Source of the DNA: an uncultured Armatimonadia bacterium
Lineage (GTDB): Bacteria; Armatimonadota; Zipacnadia; CAVVLO01
Direction: 5' to 3'
Assembly (NCBI GenBank): GCA_963749155.1
Contig: CAVVLO010000005.1
Location: forward strand, 512,001 to 576,000
Length of the DNA: 64,000 bases
Under the pieces are notes generated by a model, which was not told the origin of the DNA, searched no databases, and saw nothing but the letters and a program-made list of their open reading frames with translations. This document shows positions 28,189-37,263 of the stretch, piece after piece. The translations under genes and the position numbers were made by a program. The first letter of the stretch is position 1. Each line of letters begins with the position of its first letter.

Positions 28189-30250
28189 TTTTCTCCCTCA
28201 CCACCGCCACGGTGAACCGGCCGAAGACTTTGGTCTTGACTCCCTTGGGCAATCGAGTCGCATCCTGCACAATCAGGATGCCTGTCTTTGAGAGCAGTTC
28301 TTTCTCGCGTGTTTGCTCGGCCGCGCCCTGTTTGCCTACTTCCCACCAGGCAGCCTTGTCGCCGCGCAGGTCGGTGTAGACGGCCACCAGGTTGCTAATC
28401 CAGGGCTCGTCCACGTGAATTATCTCGCCAGGCTTGGCAACGAGCGTGAGATAAGCGATCAGGTCTCTCCCATCTTTGCCCAGGCCTTGTTCCCCGCCGA
28501 AAACAGCAGGGGTGAAGACCTGGATAGCTGCAAGCCAGGGGCCTGAGGGCATTGGAAGCACCGCGGGTTTGGGCATAAAGCCCATCAGCGTAAGCTGAGG
28601 CAGCAACGCCACCGCCGCGAACTTCCACTTCACCCTGGTCGTAAAGGGCGGACTCAGATAAGGGGCAAGCGCGAAGCCCGCGATTGCCACATAGAAGGGC
28701 AGCGTATGGATGAAATACCGCCCTCCATAGGTAGGCAGCAGAGGCAGCACTCCGATACACAGCAGCACAGGCAGCACGTGGCGAGGCTTGGCCCAGCGCA
28801 GGTTGACCAGACCCCAGCCTGTAAACAGCATAATCAGCAGGTTGATAGCCGCTATCCCGAGCAGGAACAGCTTGAACTGGTCGAAGGCAGTCATCCGTTC
28901 GGCGAAGTTGGAAAGCCAGTCGCGGTAGGTCCACACGCGCATCAGCCAGGGCGAGAACAGTAGCAGCGAAGGGAGGGTTACCGCCAGATAGCTCCACAGG
29001 TAACGCCTCTGCCACAGGCAGAAGAGGCCAAGCCCCAGCAGCACCAGGATGGGGATGCCCAGGTGCGAGTACAGCATCCCCGTGGTCGCCAAAATCCCAA
29101 GCAGGATGCGCCTTCGCAGCACCAGCATAACTACGACGGGCGCGATGGCGTTAACCAGGCAGCTTGCGATCGGATTCACCATCAGGAGGACGCTCATCAC
29201 GTCCGAAAAAAGCAGTGTCAGCGCCGCCAGGGCCGCGATTGGGCCAAACAGGCGCCGCGCGAACCACCAGCCCGTCAGCAGCGAGAGGGGATAGACAAAG
29301 AGGTGCACTGTCGCAAAGCCCGCCTCGAGGCTACCAAACAAGCGTCCAAAGCCTGCCGTAAGCAGGTGCAACATCGGCGGGTAGAGGTGGGGTCTGCCTT
29401 CGGGCGCGAACTCCCAGTTATCCCACAAGGGGATATGACCAGTGTCGAAGATGCGCTTCGAGACTGCCAGGTGGTACCAGGTATCCCAACCGCTAGGCTC
29501 AAAACGCCAGATCCCAAGCAGGAAGAGTCCAAAGAGGATGGCGATGAAGGTCAGGGCGATTTTGTCCACCTTGGTTAAGGGCAACCAGGGCAGGAAAAGT
29601 TCTTCCTGTTCGGCAGCATCAGGCAACTCGCCCGCCTCTGTCAGGTAGGCGCGACGCCATCTGGCACGGAAGACCCGGTAGGCCGCGCCCATTGGCGCAA
29701 GCAGCTTGCTCAGGCCCCAGAAGGTGCCGATGGGAAAGGCCATAAGCGCCCCGCCGAAGAAGCTCCAGCCGAGGGCATACTGGCCAGGGGTGGCTCGCGA
29801 GGTCGGCACAGGCTCTTGCTCGCGCCAGTAGTTGGTGATGAGCGCCATCAGGCCAAAGGCCGCAAACAGCCACAATATGGACGAAAGGAAGCCTGCGGCA
29901 AGCCAGCCGAAAAACTGCGTAAAGCTGAGTGCCATTGTGAACAGGCCGATGACCGCCCACATCCCTAGACCGCGCCACTTGTCCTTGCGGTCTACTGCCT
30001 CTACCTCGGGAAGCAACTCGTCGAAGTAGTCAGGTCTCAGCGATGCAAGCAAGGTCGCCAGGAAGGCCTTGGAGAAGAGGAAGGGCCAGCAGGCGAGGGC
30101 AAAAAGCAGCCCTAGCAAGGCTGCGATGGGGCGCAGGCTCTCGCCAAGCGCCAAATGATCAACAATCATTGAGGCGCCAAGCAGGCCAACCACCGTCATA
30201 GCGATGGTGCCGGCGACTACTACGAATATAAACCAGGCGACGTTTTTCAT
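28163..30250 (-). CDS. Polytopic membrane protein, probable GT-C fold glycosyltransferase
   Basis: Many TM segments; GWDTWYHL and HLYPPMLHLL loop motifs typical of GT-C enzymes. Confidence 0.6.
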   Translation of the reverse strand: MKNVAWFIFVVVAGTIAMTVVGLLGASMIVDHLALGESLRPIAALLGLLFALACWPFLFSKAFLATLLASLRPDYFDELLPEVEAVDRKDKWRGLGMWAVIGLFTMALSFTQFFGWLAAGFLSSILWLFAAFGLMALITNYWREQEPVPTSRATPGQYALGWSFFGGALMAFPIGTFWGLSKLLAPMGAAYRVFRARWRRAYLTEAGELPDAAEQEELFLPWLPLTKVDKIALTFIAILFGLFLLGIWRFEPSGWDTWYHLAVSKRIFDTGHIPLWDNWEFAPEGRPHLYPPMLHLLTAGFGRLFGSLEAGFATVHLFVYPLSLLTGWWFARRLFGPIAALAALTLLFSDVMSVLLMVNPIASCLVNAIAPVVVMLVLRRRILLGILATTGMLYSHLGIPILVLLGLGLFCLWQRRYLWSYLAVTLPSLLLFSPWLMRVWTYRDWLSNFAERMTAFDQFKLFLLGIAAINLLIMLFTGWGLVNLRWAKPRHVLPVLLCIGVLPLLPTYGGRYFIHTLPFYVAIAGFALAPYLSPPFTTRVKWKFAAVALLPQLTLMGFMPKPAVLPMPSGPWLAAIQVFTPAVFGGEQGLGKDGRDLIAYLTLVAKPGEIIHVDEPWISNLVAVYTDLRGDKAAWWEVGKQGAAEQTREKELLSKTGILIVQDATRLPKGVKTKVFGRFTVAVVREKNEQPEQKN

Positions 30251-30301
30251 CTCTTGCTGAGTGATACGCCGCCTGAGGCTGAGGGGTTTCGCCAGGGTGG
30301 A

Positions 30302-31816
30302 CTAATCTGGAGTCCTGGTGACAGCTATTTTGCGCAAGCGCAGGATTACACGAGTCTCGGTTATTTGACGGGAGACCGCCACCGGATGCCGTTGGAAGCC
30401 CCCTTCCACGAAGCCCAGGGCCAGCAGATGGGCCGAATCGAGGTGCCTGGCGAGGAGTTCGGATGCTTGCCTTCGCAGAGCTTGCCGGGGCAGCGCGGGG
30501 CCAGCCAGGGTATCGTGCAGGCGCGTCGCCCACAGGTTGTGGACCAGCGGAGCAGGCAGGAGTTCGCCAAAACGGAGATTCACATAGCGGGCAAGTTTCT
30601 CGAAAAGCTCGGGCCGGGCTTCTTCGAAGGGGAAGACCTGCGGGGTCGAAGTGTTGGCGGGCGCCTCGTCCGGAGAGCGCCAGTCCACCAATAGCCAGCC
30701 ATGCGCTCTGGCAAGCATCAGGGCGGCCTCTTCCACCAGCCCCTGAGCCAGTCTTACCGCCTGGCGACCGGTACCAAGCCGGTTGGACAGCTCCCGGAAG
30801 GGCAGCAGCAGCTCTTTTGCGCCTGTTTTGCTGGCAGCGAGGAGGCAAGCCTGCTCCTTGCCTTCGAGAGGGCAGGTAAGCGCCACGGTGCGCTCGGGGC
30901 CAAGCGCGCCCACTGTCAGGGTAAGCGCGAGCAGGCTGCGCGGTTCCTCGTTCACAATCACCAAAGCGCGCGAGGCGCCCGCAGCGCCCAGTTCGGCCCG
31001 GATACCTGTCGCAAGGGCCTGGAACAGGGCTTCTTCCTCCGCCAGCGCGCCAAAGGCAAGGCCTTTTTCCGCAGGCCGAGTCGCCTCGCACAGCTTGAAA
31101 GGCAGCTCTAACCGGGGAAGGGGCGATGCAACAAGCGGGCTTTTGCGCCCAATCGCCACTTTTGCCACCAGCAGGCTCTGCTGGAAGCTGGGCGCGCGCC
31201 CGACGATGTCACCCTCTGGCCCTGCGATGAGGCTTCCGCCGCCAAGTACGTAGCCTTCCAATACGCCTACGGGATTAACGTAGAACACTGGCAAGCCAAG
31301 CGCCTTCGCTTCAGCACCGAGAGCTTCGTCATAGAGGGAAAGGTCCTCTCCCAGATAACGCCTTTGGCCTGTCAGACACACCACTTGCGCGCCGGCCTCG
31401 GCCACGCGCTGAAGGGCTTCTTCCGAGTGGGGCAGGCTCAGCACCGCTACCCGCACATCGGCCGCATCAATCAGAAATTCGCCAGAGTCTACCTCCACAA
31501 GCTTGCCGCCTGCAAAGACGAGAAAGCGGCCCTTGAAGCCAGCGCAGACCGGATGGGGAAGAGGCAGCACCAGCACGGCTTTCGTGGAGAGCCCGAGCAG
31601 AGTCTTGAAAAGGCCGTGCCAGGCCTCCGGAACCTCGATGCTGGACGGCTGGCTATGCCCGCACAGGCAAAGAGAGGGCAGCACGATGAGTCTTGCGCCC
31701 TTGCCTGCGGCTTCTTCAGCCGCTTCGGCCAGCCTGCGGGCATTCTCCCAGTCGGAGCCTCGGATAAACTCCACCTGGGCCAGCGCCCCGGTCAGTTGCT
31801 TCCTGCGGCCAAGCAT
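30302..31816 (-). CDS. Degenerate glutamine-dependent NAD synthetase paralog (predicted pseudoenzyme)
   Basis: Colinear with the adjacent NadE over both domains but lacks the E-K-C triad and the SGGxDS motif. Confidence 0.75.
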   Translation of the reverse strand: MLGRRKQLTGALAQVEFIRGSDWENARRLAEAAEEAAGKGARLIVLPSLCLCGHSQPSSIEVPEAWHGLFKTLLGLSTKAVLVLPLPHPVCAGFKGRFLVFAGGKLVEVDSGEFLIDAADVRVAVLSLPHSEEALQRVAEAGAQVVCLTGQRRYLGEDLSLYDEALGAEAKALGLPVFYVNPVGVLEGYVLGGGSLIAGPEGDIVGRAPSFQQSLLVAKVAIGRKSPLVASPLPRLELPFKLCEATRPAEKGLAFGALAEEEALFQALATGIRAELGAAGASRALVIVNEEPRSLLALTLTVGALGPERTVALTCPLEGKEQACLLAASKTGAKELLLPFRELSNRLGTGRQAVRLAQGLVEEAALMLARAHGWLLVDWRSPDEAPANTSTPQVFPFEEARPELFEKLARYVNLRFGELLPAPLVHNLWATRLHDTLAGPALPRQALRRQASELLARHLDSAHLLALGFVEGGFQRHPVAVSRQITETRVILRLRKIAVTRTPD

Positions 31817-31827
31817 CTTCTCTCTGC

Positions 31828-33571
31828 CTAAAGCTCGTGATATTTGGAGGTAATCGGCATACGGCGGTCTTTCCCGAAGGCCCTCGGAGTTATCTTAACG
31901 CCAGGGGGGGCCTGCCGACGCTTGTATTCGCTGCGGTCAATCATCCGGGTTACTTTCCGCACCAGTGCCTCATCGTAGCCCTTCTCGACCAGCGTGCGGG
32001 CGTCAAGGTCCTGTTCGACATAAAGCTCTATCAGCTCGTCAAGCAGGTCGTAAGGAGGCAGGTCGTCCTGGTCGAACTGGTCAGGCTTTAACTCGGCCGA
32101 AGGCGCTTTCTCGAGGATGTTGCGCGGGATGAGGTCATACCCCGCTTCGGTATTCAGGTGTTCCGCCAGGGCATAGACAAGGGTCTTGGGCACGTCCTTG
32201 ATAGGCGCAAAGCCCCCTGCCATATCACCGTAAAGGGTCGAATAACCTACACTCGTCTCGCTCTTGTTCCCTGTGACAAGAATAAGCCCGCCGAACTTGT
32301 TGCTCCAGGCCATCAACAGATTGGCCCTCAGGCGAGCCTGCAGATTCTGTTCGGTAAGGTCTTCCGGAAGGTCCCTGAAAAGAGGCTCGAGCTGCTGCTG
32401 GAAGGCCTCGAAGAGGGGCGCAAGGGCGATGGTGTGGTATTCGATGTCCAGGTTATCCGCGAGCTTTGCGGCATCACTCTTGCTATGGTCGGAAGAATAC
32501 TGAGAGGGCATACTGAAAGCCACCACGCGTTCCTTGCCCAGCGCCTGAGCCGCCAGTACCGTGACCAGGGCGCTGTCTATCCCACCTGAAAGCCCAAGTC
32601 CGATGCGCTGGAAGCCGGTCTTGTCCACATAATCGCGTATGCCAAGTCGAAGGGCTGCGGCGACCTCGGGCAGCTCAGCCAGTTTCGGCACGACAGGCTC
32701 CGGCAGAGGGGGATATTCCTCGGTCAGTTCATACGAGGGCACAGCCAGGTACCTGATCGGAAGACGTATTTGTCTGCTGCAGCGCCTTGCGGTCCTGCCT
32801 GCGGCGCGGATCCCGCAGCCGCGCGTGGGTGATTGTGGCGATGTCCACATCGACGGCGAAAACGCCCTCTTCGAACTGGGGCGCCCTGAGGAGGGGATTG
32901 CCCAGATGGTCCAGCACCAGGCTGTGGCCGTCGAAGACCAACTCGTCCTGCCCGCCCACCAGGTTGCAGTAAGCCAAAGCGCAAACGTCATCGGCAGCGC
33001 GGGTTGCGAGCATCCGCTCCCTCACAAGCCCTTTGCCCCTGTAATAGGGAGAGGAGGAAAGATTCACCAGGAGCTGGCAGTCGCCAAGCAGAGCTTGCTC
33101 ATGGGGCACCCCGCCCTGATACCAGAGGTCTTCGCAGATGGAAACCCCAAAACGCAGCCCGTCGAGTTCGAAAACCAGGCTCTCCTTGCCCTGAGCGAAG
33201 TATCTGTTCTCATCGAAAACGCCATAATTGGGCAGATAATGCTTGTTGTAGATGCCCAGCAGCTTGCCATCGGCCATCACTGCGGCGGCATTGTAGACGT
33301 CCCGATCGAAATGCGGGAAGCCGATGATGGCAATCAGGCCTTTGGTCTCGGGTAGCAGGCTGCTGACCGCCTCGCCCGCCGCGGTGACGAACTGGGGCTT
33401 CAGCAGCAGGTCTTCGGGCGGATAGCCTGTGATGTATAGCTCGGGAAAAACCACCAGGTCCGCTCCAAGCTGCCGCGCCTGGTGCAAAGCCTCTACGGCG
33501 CGCGCCCGATTGCCCGTTAGATCGCCAACTGTTGGGTTGAGCTGAGCCAGCGCCAGCCTTAGCTGATTCAC
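31828..33571 (-). CDS. nadE: Glutamine-dependent NAD+ synthetase, frameshifted in the interdomain linker (~32770)
   Basis: FPEL, KHYLPNYGVFDE and ICEDLW in the first frame; LSGGIDS, NLQARLR, TGNKSE, PSAEL and EYKRRQAP in the second; GTG 33571 follows AGGAGG. Confidence 0.92.
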
Positions 33572-33658
33572 GGTATCCTCCTGCTCTGCGAGGTTCTTCA
33601 AGATGATACTACCAGAAGCGGGAGGCTAACAAGTCAGGCATCTCGGTTGCATACTTTC

Positions 33659-33691
33659 CCAGCGACAAAAAGGTACCGCTGGTGCTACAAT
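33659..33691 (+). promoter_or_regulatory. Extended -10 (TGCTACAAT) with adjacent inverted repeat CCAGCG-N12-CGCTGG
   Basis: Upstream of sufC/smsC; the inverted repeat is a possible operator. Confidence 0.35.
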
Positions 33692-33725
33692 TGGCAGAGT
33701 CTGGCAGGAGCGTGAAAATAACAAA

Positions 33726-34469
33726 ATGATGCAAAGGGATCCGATGCTTAAAATCGAGCAGTTGACGGCAGGGGTGGCCGACAAGGTCATCCTGCGCGAC
33801 ATAAACCTGGAGGTGCCAGAGGGAGAGGTCCACGCCCTTTTTGGCCCCAATGGTTGCGGCAAGAGCACCCTTATGAGCACGATAATGGGCCTTGCCAATT
33901 ACACGGTCTTCGAGGGGCGCATCTGGTTCCGCGGAGAGGACATTACCTATGCCAGCGTGGACGAACGCGCGCGGCTCGGCCTTGGGATGAGTTTCCAGAA
34001 TCCCCCGCAGGTGACAGGGGTCGTTACCAGAGACTTCATCACCCGCCTGCTTGGGGAGGACGGCGAGCGGGTCGAGGCGCTGGCGGCCAAGGTTAATATG
34101 AGCGATATGCTGGACCGGGAGCTGAACGTCGGCCTGTCGGGCGGCGAGCGCAAACGCAGCGAACTGTTGCAGCTGCTTGCCCAGCAACCCAGTATGATTC
34201 TGCTGGACGAGCCTGAATCTGGCGTCGACCTCGTCAATATCGAGCTTGTCGGTAGCACCATCAGCGAGTTGTTGCAGCGCAAGAAGCACAGGCAGAAGGA
34301 GCGCTCTGGCCTGGTCATCACTCATACCGGGCTCATCCTCAATTATCTCAATGCCGACCGGGGCTGGGTAATGCTGGAGGGGCAAATCCGCTGCTGCGGC
34401 AACCCACGCGACATCTTCGAGCAGATTCAGAAAGTGGGCTATGAGGAGTGCACCCGATGCGAGAACTGA
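33726..34469 (+). CDS. sufC: Fe-S assembly ABC ATPase, SufC/SmsC type
   Basis: GPNGCGKST, LNVGLSGGERKRSE, LDEPESGVD and C-terminal CTRC. Confidence 0.9.
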   Translation: MMQRDPMLKIEQLTAGVADKVILRDINLEVPEGEVHALFGPNGCGKSTLMSTIMGLANYTVFEGRIWFRGEDITYASVDERARLGLGMSFQNPPQVTGVVTRDFITRLLGEDGERVEALAAKVNMSDMLDRELNVGLSGGERKRSELLQLLAQQPSMILLDEPESGVDLVNIELVGSTISELLQRKKHRQKERSGLVITHTGLILNYLNADRGWVMLEGQIRCCGNPRDIFEQIQKVGYEECTRCEN

Positions 34470-35566
34470 ACACCATCGAATCCAACGATAGCAGTCGGAT
34501 GCTCGGAGTAGGCGTGGACCTGGCTCATTCCAAACCGCGCAGTGGCACCTTCGTGCAGGTGGACCAGAAGGTAATGCAGCCTTCGGTAACGGATGAAGGT
34601 CTCGAGATAATGGACCTCTTCGATGCCCTCAACACCTACGACTGGGTCGAACCGCTGCTGTGGACGCTGGTGAGCAAGGACAAGGACGAATTTACGAAAC
34701 TGGCCGCCGAGGCAGAGCCCCACGGGTATTTTATCCGCGCACTGCCTGGCGCCAAAATCGCAAATCCCGTCCAGGCTTGCCTGTATACGCGCACCGAGAA
34801 GCATATCCAGCTTGTGCACAATATGATTATCGCGGAAGAGGACTCTGACCTGACGATAATCACCGGCTGCGCAACAGGCGCCTCGGTCAAGTCGGCCCAG
34901 CATGTGGGCGTCTCGGAGCTTTTCGTGAGAAAAAACGCCAAGCTGACCTTCAGTATGATCCATCACTGGGCTGAAGAAGTGAAAGTGCGGCCGCGAAGCG
35001 TCACTCAGGTGGAGGAAGGCGGCACTTTCATCAACAATTACATCTGTATGAAGCCTGTGCGCGATGTACAGATGTATCCGAACGTCAAGCTGATAGGCGA
35101 GGGAGCGCGCTGCACACTGGGCAGCACGCTGGTAGGCCTGCCAGGCAGCTTGCTGGATATCGGAGGGGGAGTTGAACTGCTGGCGCCGAATACCCGGGCT
35201 GACATCATCAGCCGCACAGTGGGGAAGGGCGGGCGGATAATCGCCCGCGGCCGGATGATAGGGGCGGCAGACGGCTGCAAAGGTCATCTCGAATGTCGCG
35301 GACTTATGCTTACCAACTCCGGCGGGCTGCTGGCAGTGCCGGAGCTCGATGCGACCGCGCAAAATGTCGAGCTTTCCCACGAGGCCGCGGTTGGCAAGAT
35401 AGCCCAGGAGCAGATTGACTATCTCACCTCTCGCGGCCTGACCAGCGACGAGGCGGTTCAGATGATTATCAGAGGCTTCCTCTCGGTCAAGATAGAGGGA
35501 CTGCCCGCAGAGCTCGAGCAGGAAATCCAGGAGGTGCTGGACCTCAGCGCCGAGGAGGGCCTGTAA
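34457..35566 (+). CDS. sufB: Fe-S assembly scaffold, SufB/SufD family (SmsB type)
   Basis: PVQACL, HNMIIAEE, GHLECRGL and LSHEAAVGKI motifs. Confidence 0.88.
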   Translation: MRELNTIESNDSSRMLGVGVDLAHSKPRSGTFVQVDQKVMQPSVTDEGLEIMDLFDALNTYDWVEPLLWTLVSKDKDEFTKLAAEAEPHGYFIRALPGAKIANPVQACLYTRTEKHIQLVHNMIIAEEDSDLTIITGCATGASVKSAQHVGVSELFVRKNAKLTFSMIHHWAEEVKVRPRSVTQVEEGGTFINNYICMKPVRDVQMYPNVKLIGEGARCTLGSTLVGLPGSLLDIGGGVELLAPNTRADIISRTVGKGGRIIARGRMIGAADGCKGHLECRGLMLTNSGGLLAVPELDATAQNVELSHEAAVGKIAQEQIDYLTSRGLTSDEAVQMIIRGFLSVKIEGLPAELEQEIQEVLDLSAEEGL

Positions 35567-35572
35567 AGGCCT

Positions 35573-36226
35573 ATGAGCGATAACGAACAGCCAGGCGAAG
35601 AGCAACAGCCAGCGATTGAGCCTGAGGCGGAAAACGCCCCGCTAGTGCTCAGCGCCGATGATTTTGCCGAGGAAGAAGACCTGCCGCCCGCCCCGCCAGC
35701 GGCTCAGCCAGGCAGCGCGCCACTCGTCCTCGACAAGGCCGAGTTGCTGGCCGAGCCTGAACCTCCCTTTGCGCCGGCGCCGGCCGGAGGCGCAGTGTTC
35801 GAGCAGGGGCAAGGTTTTTTGCCTGTCAGGATGCTGGCTGCTTGCACCAAAGAGGGCAAGCCATATGCCTTGCTGTTCAAGCCCAATAACGATGGCACTA
35901 TGAGCTGCATCGGAGATGAGCCCTTGCCAGAGGGCGCAGGCTTCAATCCGAACGATTTCAAGGAGCAGATGGGCCGCGAGGAAGTCGTTGCCAAGGGCGG
36001 CTTTCTTATGGACCAGTATCAGGGCTGTCCTTTCTGCGGCAGTCGGCAATATGCCCTGTGCAGTTGCGGCACCGCAATGTGCACTGGCGGGCTGCGTCGC
36101 GGGCTGCTCAGGAGTAGTATCAAGTGTCCTGTCTGCGGCAACGAAGGCACGGTCGACAAAAGGCCCGTGACGCGCGGTGTGCAGTATGGGGGCGGGGGAA
36201 AATCGGGCAAGTTCCGAAGCAAATGA
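35573..36226 (+). CDS. TerY-C-like metal-binding domain protein with acidic, Pro-rich N-terminus
   Basis: CTKEGKPY...GCPFCG...LCSCGTAMC...CPVCG pattern. Confidence 0.7.
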   Translation: MSDNEQPGEEQQPAIEPEAENAPLVLSADDFAEEEDLPPAPPAAQPGSAPLVLDKAELLAEPEPPFAPAPAGGAVFEQGQGFLPVRMLAACTKEGKPYALLFKPNNDGTMSCIGDEPLPEGAGFNPNDFKEQMGREEVVAKGGFLMDQYQGCPFCGSRQYALCSCGTAMCTGGLRRGLLRSSIKCPVCGNEGTVDKRPVTRGVQYGGGGKSGKFRSK

Positions 36227-36252
36227 GAAAGCTATTTTCGGGGGGCACGTAT

Positions 36253-37263
36253 ATGCGACGGCTTCTTTGCTTCCTGGTTTTACTGACGGCGCTGGTGTTC
36301 GTTACAGGCTGTGCTGGGCTTAGCACACCTGAGGAACTGGTGCAGAAAGGTTTTGAAAGCCTCGATAGTGGCAGTTTCGATCAGGCGGAGTCTGCAGCCA
36401 ATCTGGCGCTGAAGAAGCAGCCCACCTGCGCCGATGCTTATATCATCCTGGCTGAAGTGGCTTCCAAGCGCGGGCAAGGAGACCAGGCCGCTGATTTTTC
36501 CAAAAAGGCCGCCGAGCTTGCCCCCGATCAGGCCAAACTGCGCAAGCACGCCGGGATGTTCGCTCTTAAGGCCGAACGCTGGGACGATGCCTACAGGCTG
36601 CTAGCCGAATTCGCTGACAAGGGCGATCTCGCGATGACGCTGGGTTATGCCGATGCCGCAGTCAAGACCAACCACGCCGAGGAAGCAGTAGAGCTGGTAG
36701 AGCGTATCGCCGCCAATTCAAGCGATACCAGAGCTTACACCAAGCTGGGAGAGCTTAATTATGCGGCAGGCTTCAAGCGCGACGCCATAGAGGCTTATCG
36801 TAAGGCGCTCGAGCTCGATCCCACCAATATGATTGCCGCCAACAACCTGGCCTATAGCTACGCCGAGAACGGAGAAGACCTCGACCGCGCCAAGCAACTT
36901 GCCGAAGAGGCGGTCGCAAGCGCCAGAACCAATCCCAATTACCTGGATACCCTGGGCTATGTGAGGTGGAAGCGCGGCGAGACAAAGCCGGCTATCCAGG
37001 CCTTCGAGCAGGCTGTGCGTATTCAACCAATCCCCATCAGGCGCGCTCATTTCGGGATGGCTTTGGCCAAAGAGAAAATTGCCCGCCCGCGGGCTTTCCG
37101 CGAGATTTCTTTTGCCCTGCGCGAGGAGCCCGAACTCGCTCAGGATGCCGAGATCCTGGCTGCGGCAGTAGACCTGGGCGTTACGGATAGCCAGGGCAAC
37201 CTGCTGGCGGGAACTCCCATCCCGAAAGAGCCGGAATCAGCCCCCAGTACCACTAGCCCGTAA
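36253..37263 (+). CDS. TPR-repeat lipoprotein
   Basis: Lipobox VTGC; TPR motifs AYRKALELDP, NNLAY and LDTLGYV. Confidence 0.88.
   Translation: MRRLLCFLVLLTALVFVTGCAGLSTPEELVQKGFESLDSGSFDQAESAANLALKKQPTCADAYIILAEVASKRGQGDQAADFSKKAAELAPDQAKLRKHAGMFALKAERWDDAYRLLAEFADKGDLAMTLGYADAAVKTNHAEEAVELVERIAANSSDTRAYTKLGELNYAAGFKRDAIEAYRKALELDPTNMIAANNLAYSYAENGEDLDRAKQLAEEAVASARTNPNYLDTLGYVRWKRGETKPAIQAFEQAVRIQPIPIRRAHFGMALAKEKIARPRAFREISFALREEPELAQDAEILAAAVDLGVTDSQGNLLAGTPIPKEPESAPSTTSP

Noticed and set aside
32755..32790. Programmed ribosomal frameshift in nadE
   Set aside because: No slippery heptamer or stimulatory structure is evident, and similar indels occur throughout the window.
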